DNA of 64,000 nt from Candidatus Omnitrophota bacterium (GTDB lineage Bacteria > Omnitrophota > Gorgyraeia > Zapsychrales > JANLHA01). Position 1 is the stretch's first letter. Each line of letters starts with the position of its first letter. The notes under the pieces were generated by a model. It had not been told where the DNA came from, ran no database searches, and saw only the letters and a program-made list of their open reading frames with translations. Shown in pieces: positions 56,516-64,000 of the stretch. The stretch covers positions 2,714,662 to 2,778,661 of the forward strand of contig OY759724.1 of assembly GCA_963662715.1 (NCBI GenBank). The letters run 5' to 3'. The translations under genes and the position numbers were made by a program.

Positions 56516-59147
56516 ACATGAAAGAATCCAGATGCTGATTTCAGCTTATGTTGATCAGGAATTGCCTGATGATGACCGGCAGACTGTTGAAAACCATTTG
56601 TCGGAATGCCAGGAGTGTCAGCGTTTTTACAAAGATGTCCGAAGAATTTCCTCTTCTCTTAAAAGCTGGACACCGGAAACTCTCTCTCCCGATTTAGAAC
56701 AGAGAATCGCCAGCCAAGTTAAAGCTCGAAAGAGCCGGGAGGAGCAGACCATGCGTAAATATTTTAATATCCCGTACAGTGCCGTGAGCACGCTTGTGAT
56801 TTGTATGCTTGTTTTAACCGTGTCATTACGTGTTTATATGAAGAGGAATGTCCAGACGGCTTTTAAAGAGGCCGGGGATGCCGTGACAGAGGAGCATTTG
56901 GTGCAGGAAACGGAACGGCAGATCAGGAGAAAGGAAGATGCTGCAGCCGTGCGTTCGTCTTCAGAAATCCCGGAGACGGTTGAACAGCAAAAATCTGTCC
57001 GTCTGGATGAAGCTGACAGTATTGAAATTGAGCCGTCCCGGCAGGAGACAGCCCCGCCGGTTGAAGCGTTTAAGTCGGCCCGTTTCGGTCAGAAAGGGGA
57101 ACGCCGGGTGGCCATAGCCCCTTTGTTGGATAAAGAAGAAAAGGCCGGGCCGGATAAAAGTGTTGATCATAAAGATATGTCCCGGCTTTCCGGGTTAAAT
57201 CATGAAATGACCAGTAAAGAGGTGACGGCAAGGGCCGGAGAACAAGGGGCCGTGTCTGCCGGTAAAACCACGGGATATGTCTCTCAGCCGGCTATTGATA
57301 TTGTTCAGAGCCAGGTGTCTTCCGCTTCCGCCGTAAACGGCAGAGATCAGTCCCGGAGTGTGCTTTTTAAAGGACAGGCCGTTTCAAAGGCCGCGTTTAC
57401 GGGCTCAGCGGCGGATGAAGGCGGCGTGGCCGGACAGGTGTATCTTGGCGAAAGCAAGAAAAAGATCCCGGCAGATAAACTGTATTTTGAAGCAGCCGAC
57501 GGGAATTTTGCCGCTTCAGCCAGAGGAACAGCCCCGGCCGGAGCCGCTTTGTCGGTGATGGATGCCCGGCTGCGCGGTCCCGCTGTAACAGAAGAAGCCG
57601 AATACTGGGGGGATGCCTCATCCAGTGCCGTTATTTACCCGGACACGGGTGTCTCACCCATGAGGCCGGGTTTTATGATCGTTAAACCGGAAGAAGGCTG
57701 GGAAGAACCGTATGATCAGCCCTGGCAGGACCATAATGCCGAAGAATACGACCGTATTTATGAAAATGAATTCCTGGCGGCGATAGACAATCCGTTATCC
57801 ACCTTCTCGATCGACGTTGACACGGCTTCTTATGCCAATATCCGCCGTTTTCTGAACGACGGACAGATGCCGCCGCAGGACGCCGTCCGGATAGAAGAGA
57901 TGGTGAATTACTTTGTCTATGATTATCCTCAGCCGGATAAAGGGGAGCCGTTTTCGATCAATACCGAGACCGCCCCCTGTCCGTGGAACAGAGGGCATTT
58001 GTTGACCATGATCGGCCTGCAGGCCAAACAGTTATCCGCCGGTGAAATGCCGCCCAGCAATCTGGTTTTCCTGGTTGACGTGTCCGGGTCCATGAACCGG
58101 CCGAACAAACTTCCGCTGTTAAAGTCGGCCCTGCACATCATGGTTGACCAACTGCGGGAGGAGGAGCGGATATCTATCGTGACCTACGCCGGGCAGGCAG
58201 GCCTGGTGCTGGAATCGACCCCGGGGTATGAAAAAGAACGGATACGTCAGGCCATCGACCGTCTGCAGGCCGGCGGGTCTACGGCCGGGGAACAGGGCAT
58301 ACAGCTGGCGTACCGGATCGCCCAGCAGAATTTTATCCCCAGCGGGAATAACCGCGTTATCCTGGCGACGGACGGCGATTTTAACATCGGGATCAGCAGC
58401 GACGCGCAGCTCGTGCGGGTGATTGAAGAGAAGCGGGACCAGGGGATCTTTCTGAGCGTTCTGGGATTCGGGAAAGGAAATTATAAAGACTCCAAAATGG
58501 AAAAGCTTGCGGATAAAGGCAACGGCAATTATTATTATATCGATACTTTGAACGAAGCGCAGAAAGTTTTGGGCTCTGAACTGGGGTCGATGCTGTTTCC
58601 GGTGGCCAAGGACGTGAAAATCCAGATAGAGTTTAACCCGTCGCAGGTTAAAGCTTACCGCCTGATCGGGTATGAAAACAGGGCTTTGGCCAAGGAGGAT
58701 TTTAATGATGATACGAAAGACGCCGGGGAACTGGGCGCCGGACACACGGTGACGGCTTTTTATGAAATTGTGCCCATTGATTCTGAAGAGGAACACCGGA
58801 AGATTGATCCTCTGAAATATATGCGCACGGTTGTGCAGCAGAGCGAGGATCTGATGACCGTTAAGTTAAGGTATAAAGACATTCAGGACAGCAAAAGCCA
58901 GCTGCTGACCCGGGCTGTTAAAGGGCGGGAGATCAAAGAGCCGTCAGCGGTTTCAGACAACTTCCGCTTCGGGACAGCTGTGGCGGAGTTCGGGTTGCTG
59001 CTCAGGCAATCCCCGCATAAAGGCGAGGCTTCTTATCTGAATGCCCTGCAACGGGCCAAGGGGTCTTTAGGGGAAGACCCGTGGGGATACCGCGCCGAGT
59101 TTATCCGTTTGGTTGAAAAAGCGGTGGTTTTGGATAAAGGCTATTGA
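56508..59147 (+). CDS. Anti-sigma factor (zinc-finger) fused via TM helix to large extracytoplasmic region with von Willebrand factor A domain
   Basis: N-terminal HLSECQECQ anti-sigma zinc-binding motif; TM segment VSTLVICMLVLTVSL; VFLVDVSGSMN (MIDAS DxSxS) vWA domain; overlaps the sigma gene stop. Confidence 0.75.
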   Translation: MTEHERIQMLISAYVDQELPDDDRQTVENHLSECQECQRFYKDVRRISSSLKSWTPETLSPDLEQRIASQVKARKSREEQTMRKYFNIPYSAVSTLVICMLVLTVSLRVYMKRNVQTAFKEAGDAVTEEHLVQETERQIRRKEDAAAVRSSSEIPETVEQQKSVRLDEADSIEIEPSRQETAPPVEAFKSARFGQKGERRVAIAPLLDKEEKAGPDKSVDHKDMSRLSGLNHEMTSKEVTARAGEQGAVSAGKTTGYVSQPAIDIVQSQVSSASAVNGRDQSRSVLFKGQAVSKAAFTGSAADEGGVAGQVYLGESKKKIPADKLYFEAADGNFAASARGTAPAGAALSVMDARLRGPAVTEEAEYWGDASSSAVIYPDTGVSPMRPGFMIVKPEEGWEEPYDQPWQDHNAEEYDRIYENEFLAAIDNPLSTFSIDVDTASYANIRRFLNDGQMPPQDAVRIEEMVNYFVYDYPQPDKGEPFSINTETAPCPWNRGHLLTMIGLQAKQLSAGEMPPSNLVFLVDVSGSMNRPNKLPLLKSALHIMVDQLREEERISIVTYAGQAGLVLESTPGYEKERIRQAIDRLQAGGSTAGEQGIQLAYRIAQQNFIPSGNNRVILATDGDFNIGISSDAQLVRVIEEKRDQGIFLSVLGFGKGNYKDSKMEKLADKGNGNYYYIDTLNEAQKVLGSELGSMLFPVAKDVKIQIEFNPSQVKAYRLIGYENRALAKEDFNDDTKDAGELGAGHTVTAFYEIVPIDSEEEHRKIDPLKYMRTVVQQSEDLMTVKLRYKDIQDSKSQLLTRAVKGREIKEPSAVSDNFRFGTAVAEFGLLLRQSPHKGEASYLNALQRAKGSLGEDPWGYRAEFIRLVEKAVVLDKGY

Positions 59148-59205
59148 GCTGGAGCAGGACAGGATTTAGGCGGAAGGGGCATTAAGGTGTGCCTTGTCCG
59201 GGAAT

Positions 59206-59238
59206 AAAAAAACCATGTTTTCAAGGCATGGTTTTTTT
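59206..59238. terminator. A7-stem-T7 terminator-like element after the anti-sigma gene (short CCATG/CATGG stem)
   Basis: AAAAAAACCATG ttttcaagg CATGGTTTTTTT. Confidence 0.35.
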
Positions 59239-59447
59239 ATTTCTTGAGTAGCGGTTGATTCGGCTGCAGAGCTCGTTTATAATAACGAAATAAACCGGGA
59301 GTTTGTTAAGAAACAGTAAGAGCGTTTTGGCTGCCTGAAAATATATCGGTCGTGCACAGCGTCCTGCCATGTTTTTTGGGGGACGGCTGCGGTACGCGTT
59401 GTGTCAGATGTTTTTAAGGAGGCCAAGGCCTGAAAGGACTGAACACG

Positions 59448-59840
59448 ATGCAAAATTATAAAAATAAAATTATTGTTTCCGTTCTTATCCTGTTATGCGC
59501 AGGCTGCGCCAGTGTCCCTGTTCAGGAACAGTATGATCTTGTTAAAAGGGATGACGGGATCAGTGAAAAGGAAGCTGTCATTATCGGGCAGTATGAACTT
59601 ACGGAAGCCGCGCTTACCAATCGTTTCCATATTAAAAAAGGGATGATCCTGGACGACCGTCTGGTCGAGCCTTATCCGGATTACTGGTTTGTTTCCTTTT
59701 ATCCCATTGCCTATGACGATCATTTCCGCCGGTTCCTGGTTGTGATTGACAAGAAAAACGGGAATGTCGTCCGTGCCGAAATGTACAGGCCCTTACGCGT
59801 GTTTGATTATGAATGGGTTTTTAACGGCAGCCAGCCGTAA
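59448..59840 (+). CDS. Putative lipoprotein
   Basis: Lipobox LLCAGCAS (signal peptidase II site). Confidence 0.5.
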   Translation: MQNYKNKIIVSVLILLCAGCASVPVQEQYDLVKRDDGISEKEAVIIGQYELTEAALTNRFHIKKGMILDDRLVEPYPDYWFVSFYPIAYDDHFRRFLVVIDKKNGNVVRAEMYRPLRVFDYEWVFNGSQP

Positions 59841-59882
59841 AAAAGGGAGGACCGGGTTATTTACTCGGTGCCTCCCTTTTTT
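59839..59882. terminator. Bidirectional intrinsic terminator between convergent genes
   Basis: A6-GGGAGG-ACCGGGT tattt ACTCGGT-g-CCTCCC-T6; near-continuous 13-bp stem flanked by A-run and T-run. Confidence 0.6.
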
Positions 59883-59901
59883 GAGAGCTTTTTATTGATC
59901 C

Positions 59902-60180
59902 TTATTGATTCGCTAAAGGTTCTTTGTGCTCAGTGATCACGGGAAGGTTCGGGGCTTTTTCGGCGTTGAGCTGAATAAAACTCTGCCATTTTTCCGGGAC
60001 TTCTTCCGCCGGATGGATGGCCTGAACCGGACATTCCGGCACGCACGCGCCGCAGTCAATGCAAACTTCCGGATCAATGACGACCATTTCTTCGTCCTCC
60101 CGAAAACTTTCCACCGGGCAGACTGTGACACATTGAGTGTATTTGCATTTAATACACGGTTCGCAAACAACATGTGGCAT
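59902..60180 (-). CDS. fdxA: 7Fe ferredoxin ([3Fe-4S][4Fe-4S], Azotobacter FdI type)
   Basis: CIKCKYTQCVTVCPV and CIDCGACVPECPVQA match the FdI CIKCKYTDCVEVCPV / CIDCALCEPECP pattern. Confidence 0.85.
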   Translation of the reverse strand: MPHVVCEPCIKCKYTQCVTVCPVESFREDEEMVVIDPEVCIDCGACVPECPVQAIHPAEEVPEKWQSFIQLNAEKAPNLPVITEHKEPLANQ

Positions 60181-60222
60181 GGGATTACCTCCTGATAAGT
60201 AAAAAATAATTAACTTTGCCTA

Positions 60223-60251
60223 AATTTAACAGATTGTCTTCCGGCTGTCAA
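60223..60251 (-). promoter_or_regulatory. Candidate sigma70-like promoter for fdxA on the minus strand
   Basis: Minus-strand TTGACA - 17 bp - TAAATT ~35 nt upstream of AGGAGG RBS and the fdxA ATG. Confidence 0.3.
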
Positions 60252-60288
60252 ATAAAATTCCCCTTAGATGAGAATGCCTCCGGAGGCT

Positions 60289-61737
60289 TTAAGCCCGTCG
60301 GAGCCTGGCGGATATCTTGGAAAGAAAATAATTTATAAAAGCTCCGAACCCGTAAACCTTCCGCCGTAAATCCCCCGGGCTTCTGATCGAAATCAGCATG
60401 CGCCAAATCTGTTCGGGCCGCAGATAAAATTCTTTGAGCCCTTTGTCAATGAAAGCGTCAATCTCTGTGCTGGACAGCTGCGGGTAGGACAGCAGGGTCC
60501 GCTGTTCCTTCTCCGCGGTCAGCCATTCGTTCCAGTCCCTGGCCAGAAGAAAACCGTTGCCCTTGGCCCATTGATACAGCGTTGTCCCCGGATAACAGGC
60601 CATGCCGGTGATTTGGGCCGTATCCAAAGGCAGTTCTTTGGCGAGATTGATGGTCTGCCGGGCGGAGGCCCGTGTCTCTCCGGGAGCCCCGATCATAAAA
60701 CACCCGTGAATGATAAAACCCAGTTCATGGGCCTTATGCGCAAACGCCCGGGCCATTTCAACATTGACGCCGCCTTTGCGTACGGCCCGGAAGGCTTCAT
60801 CATAACCGAATTCAAACCCGACCATGAGCATGCGGCAGCCGGCGGATTTCATTAAAGGAAGGACATCCAGCGGCGTGTTGATGCGCATATTGCAGGACCA
60901 GGAGATTTTTTTGTGTACGCCTCTGCGGATGATCTCCCGGCAGACGGCTTCGGCATGTTCGCGGCTGGCGGCAAACGTGTCGGTCTCAAACATGATTTCC
61001 CGGATCTGCGGATGCACGGACAAATCGTATTCCATTTCATCAACGACTTTTTCGGCCGAGCGCATGCGCAGGCGGTAGCCGTACATCAACTGCGGGTCGC
61101 GGCAGAATGTGCAGGCATTATTGCACCCGCGTCCGCTCAGCAGAGTGAGGAAGGGGAATTTTTTCCCTCCGTCCGGATACCACTCCGGTTGGATCAACGG
61201 CCAGGCCGGGAAGGGGAGGTCATTGACATCCAGCGGCGGCCGATCGGGATTGTCGGCGATACGGTCTCCGTCCCGCCAGCTCAGCCCGGCAATGTCTTTT
61301 GCGGGATGACCGTCGGCCAGATCGCGCAGGGTGAAATCATATTCGGCCCTTAAAATAAAGTCAACAGCGCCTCGGCTGATTTCAAATGTGTTGCGGACTT
61401 CTGCGGACACATGCTGTCCGACGAAAGCTATTTGCGCTCCGGTCTGTTTCTTGACGGCCCGGGCCTGTTCGATATCGTTATAAATGGACGGTGTCGTGGC
61501 GTGAATGACGACCAGGTCCGGCTGAAACGCCCGGATGATGTCATACGACTGTTCGGGAGTGAAGTTGCGGGCCGCGGCTTCAATGAACCGCACGTCGTGG
61601 CCGGCGTCAATGAGAACCTGGGCGGCCGTGAGCAGGTATTCGGGATGGCGCTGGACGCGGCCGCGCGACTTGGCTGCCCAGCGGGCTACGCGGACAAAAT
61701 TATCCCCGAAGGAAGGATTGAAAATAGCCACTTTCAT
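60289..61737 (-). CDS. B12-binding-domain radical SAM protein (class B); an alternative GTG start at 61797 adds 20 aa
   Basis: N-terminal cobalamin-binding-like region; GRGCNNACTFC radical SAM CX3CX2C motif. Confidence 0.75.
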   Translation of the reverse strand: MKVAIFNPSFGDNFVRVARWAAKSRGRVQRHPEYLLTAAQVLIDAGHDVRFIEAAARNFTPEQSYDIIRAFQPDLVVIHATTPSIYNDIEQARAVKKQTGAQIAFVGQHVSAEVRNTFEISRGAVDFILRAEYDFTLRDLADGHPAKDIAGLSWRDGDRIADNPDRPPLDVNDLPFPAWPLIQPEWYPDGGKKFPFLTLLSGRGCNNACTFCRDPQLMYGYRLRMRSAEKVVDEMEYDLSVHPQIREIMFETDTFAASREHAEAVCREIIRRGVHKKISWSCNMRINTPLDVLPLMKSAGCRMLMVGFEFGYDEAFRAVRKGGVNVEMARAFAHKAHELGFIIHGCFMIGAPGETRASARQTINLAKELPLDTAQITGMACYPGTTLYQWAKGNGFLLARDWNEWLTAEKEQRTLLSYPQLSSTEIDAFIDKGLKEFYLRPEQIWRMLISIRSPGDLRRKVYGFGAFINYFLSKISARLRRA

Positions 61738-62358
61738 TGCTTTTGTGATACTCCCTTGTTTGCAGGGGGGTGAACAAATATAAGATTGTTTGAACACGTT
61801 TTGACTACAGAAAGCTTAATTTCATTCATAGTATACTCTTTTTTTGAAAAAATAAAAGGGACAGGGCAAAATAAGAAATAAGAAGTAAGAAGGACCGGGT
61901 CCTCATTATGCTTAGAGCTGCAGGAAGTTGAGAGAGAAGTGTCCCCTGATGCTGAATACTGCTATTCAGGCTTTCCCTATAATGTGTTTCTTGACAAAAT
62001 AAAATGGGTCGGTTAAAATAAAATATCTTTTTCCATCTTTCCCCGGGAAGCAAGCAGATTTTTGCTGCCCATTTACCCCACATTATTTTTGTTTTTCACA
62101 TTAAACTTAATTTAAAAATTTTTAAGCCCGGACTTTTTGTCTTGTTGCGTAAATATTTTATTTATTAGTGGTTGGGCGATTCTGAAAAATATTTTTGTAT
62201 CCAAGTTTAAGAAAAGTCAGTTTTTGGTCGAGTCTGGCAATTGTGCGGATACAGACATTAGATTACAATGATATCAATTGACTGATGCTTGTTAAAATTT
62301 TTTGTTAAGAAAAACAGCTAAGGGGCTGGCTATATATTTTAAATATTAATCTGGAGGA

Positions 62359-63033
62359 GTGAGTATGCTGAAAATGAATTGTAGAAATATTGGGTCTTTT
62401 AATCGATATGTTATTATTTCTTTTACCTTTATTCTAAATTTATTATGTTTCCAGCTCCCGGTTCATTCTGCCGACGTTGAAAATCCCTGGCATCTCAGCA
62501 TGTACGGCGGGGGTGTTTTTCCTACTGACGATACCATTGAAGAAACATTTACAATCGGCGGCCGTTTTACCTATGAACTGCTGGAAAATCTGGAAGTCGG
62601 GGTTGATCTTTCCTGGCAGCAGTATGAAGACAAGTATCTGGGGCTTACATTAGGTGATGTGAACCATATCCCGGTCTATGCCGTTGTGAAATACAATATT
62701 GTCTTTAATCCGGATAATACCAGGTTTGTTCCCTATTTGTTGGGCGGGATCGGCTTTTCATACTGGAATTATCATGAAGAATTGTCAACCATATCCGCAG
62801 ATGATGATATCAGTTTTACCGGGAAAATCGGCGGGGGCGTTGACATGGCTCTGAACGAGCAGACATCTCTGTTCCTGGAGGGCGGTTTTTCGTGGGCAAA
62901 GTACGACCTGTCAGGTACAGTCCAGATGATAATCCCTGTTTCATCAACACCGATTGTTAGAACTGTTAGTGTCTCCAGTTCCACTGATCTCAATACGGCT
63001 TTTGCAAAAATCGGGATCAGGATCAATTTTTAA
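62359..63033 (+). CDS. Small outer-membrane beta-barrel protein (OmpA-like / OMP_b-brl family)
   Basis: Signal peptide; alternating aromatic beta pattern; C-terminal GIRINF ending in Phe. Confidence 0.55.
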   Translation: MSMLKMNCRNIGSFNRYVIISFTFILNLLCFQLPVHSADVENPWHLSMYGGGVFPTDDTIEETFTIGGRFTYELLENLEVGVDLSWQQYEDKYLGLTLGDVNHIPVYAVVKYNIVFNPDNTRFVPYLLGGIGFSYWNYHEELSTISADDDISFTGKIGGGVDMALNEQTSLFLEGGFSWAKYDLSGTVQMIIPVSSTPIVRTVSVSSSTDLNTAFAKIGIRINF

Positions 63034-63097
63034 GGATTTTAAGGGACAGTCCACAACCTCTAATATTAAATTATTTTCAAATGGAAAGGAGCGAGCT

Positions 63098-64000
63098 ATG
63101 TCTCGTTTTAGGTTGATTTTGAGCTTGCTGATTTTTTGCGCGTTTGTCCTTGTTTTCCCTAACTCAGCGCAGAGTTTTTATCCAGGGAGAATAGTTTTCA
63201 TACATGAGGCGGATTATCATAATTCAGAAAACGAAACCGAAATCTATACTATGAATATTGACGGTTCAGATGTTCGGGTGCTGACAGATAATGATTTTGC
63301 CGATATGGACCCTCTCTGGTCACCTGATGGTCAATATATTTCTTTCTATTCTAACCGTACCGGAACAGGTGATGTGTTTGTTATGGATCAGAACGGCGAT
63401 AATGTGATAAACGTCAGTAATAACCAGGATCATTCCAACTACCGTCAAACCTGGTCCCCAGACAGCCAACAGCTTACTTACGTGGAAAACATAGACCCGA
63501 CTAATATAAATATATGGACCAGCACTTTAGATGGCAGTCCGTCTCAAAAGATTAACCAGGAACAGGGAAGTTTTTCTTTCCCAAGATGGTCAGGTGCCGG
63601 AGACCGCATCGCTTACAGTAAGTATGACAGTGATACCAAAATTTATATCGCTGACAGTGATGGTTCAAATACTGTTATCTTGTCGGGCGTCAGCACGATG
63701 TTTAATTGGTCTCCTTCAGGAGACAGGCTTCTTTATGTGCAGGATGGCAATTTGTGGACCGTTGATCCTTATGGTTTAGATGCAGAAATGCTTTATGATC
63801 CTTCGAATGGGAACGTTTTCTTCTCAGCAAATCCTGTTTGGTCTTCCGACGGTGAATCCATCGCTTTTGTTGTATCGGAAAGCACGGAAGAGGGGTTCAC
63901 GCGTGCCCTTTATACCATAGGGGCCGATGGGCAAGGGCTTAATATGCTTTTTGATATACCACAGTATTCTACCGTAGGCTATCTGAATTGGACGCCTGAC
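63098..64000 (+). CDS. TolB-like periplasmic beta-propeller (PD40/WD40-like repeats), 3'-truncated by the window end
   Basis: GGAAAGGAGCGAG RBS; signal peptide; repeated WSPDGQYISF / WSPDSQQLTY / WSGAGDRIAYS / WSPSGDRLLY / WSSDGESIAF PD40 motifs; no stop before base 64000. Confidence 0.7.
   Translation, partial: MSRFRLILSLLIFCAFVLVFPNSAQSFYPGRIVFIHEADYHNSENETEIYTMNIDGSDVRVLTDNDFADMDPLWSPDGQYISFYSNRTGTGDVFVMDQNGDNVINVSNNQDHSNYRQTWSPDSQQLTYVENIDPTNINIWTSTLDGSPSQKINQEQGSFSFPRWSGAGDRIAYSKYDSDTKIYIADSDGSNTVILSGVSTMFNWSPSGDRLLYVQDGNLWTVDPYGLDAEMLYDPSNGNVFFSANPVWSSDGESIAFVVSESTEEGFTRALYTIGADGQGLNMLFDIPQYSTVGYLNWTPD

Noticed and set aside
60276-60287. Perfect 12-bp palindrome GCCTCCGGAGGC 2 nt after the radical SAM stop, possible terminator
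   Set aside because: It is a loopless palindrome (effective stem only ~4-5 bp) without a convincing U-tract on the minus strand; could equally be a protein-binding site; insufficient evidence.

Overview
The window appears to be a bacterial chromosomal segment, almost entirely + strand except the pnt operon and an fdxA/radical-SAM pair. No rRNA, tRNA, CRISPR array, transposase or integrase could be recognised by eye.

The core content is anaerobic energy and redox metabolism:
- an RseC-like gene followed by rnfBCDGEA
- a divergent pntAA-pntAB-pntB transhydrogenase operon
- a 7Fe ferredoxin (fdxA), NAD kinase, citrate synthase and class II fumarase

Housekeeping genes include mutY, surE, xth, pepA, moeA, an NfeD/SPFH pair, an AmmeMemoRadiSam radical SAM enzyme and a PEBP-family protein.

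There is a dense His-Asp phosphorelay cluster: an HD-GYP response regulator, an HPt-containing hybrid kinase, two receiver proteins and two HPt proteins. An ECF sigma factor sits next to an anti-sigma protein fused to a vWA domain.

Two accessory-looking cell-surface loci stand out.

Locus 1 (2716-8554) encodes four secreted proteins that all carry a Csu/SCPU-like C-terminal G-x-Y-x-x-T/hydrophobic-alternating strand motif. One has a PapD-like motif, and the locus ends in a 911-aa non-usher-like outer-membrane protein. A perfect 16-bp hairpin follows the small subunit gene.

Locus 2 (15882-20966) is the most interesting. It starts with a 779-aa secreted protein whose N/Q/V/A-rich curli/Fap-like terminal repeats flank a ~600-aa acidic Ser/Asp/Thr linker; the linker is encoded by two 4x66-bp tandem arrays. 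It is followed by a hairpin terminator, a 151-aa paralog with the same termini, a Sec-exported stand-alone C39 peptidase, and an outer-membrane beta-barrel with an N-terminal coiled coil. The gene set resembles FapC/FapB/FapD/FapF of Pseudomonas functional amyloid. Both candidate substrates carry a double-glycine-leader-like motif (LSDxE[LM]D[QE][VI]..A.G) immediately after their Sec signal peptides, a candidate cleavage site for the periplasmic C39 peptidase.

Also present are a truncated sirtuin N-terminal remnant overlapping the start of a HAD hydrolase gene, a PilZ protein with a histone-H1-like basic tail, and several hairpin and terminator structures.
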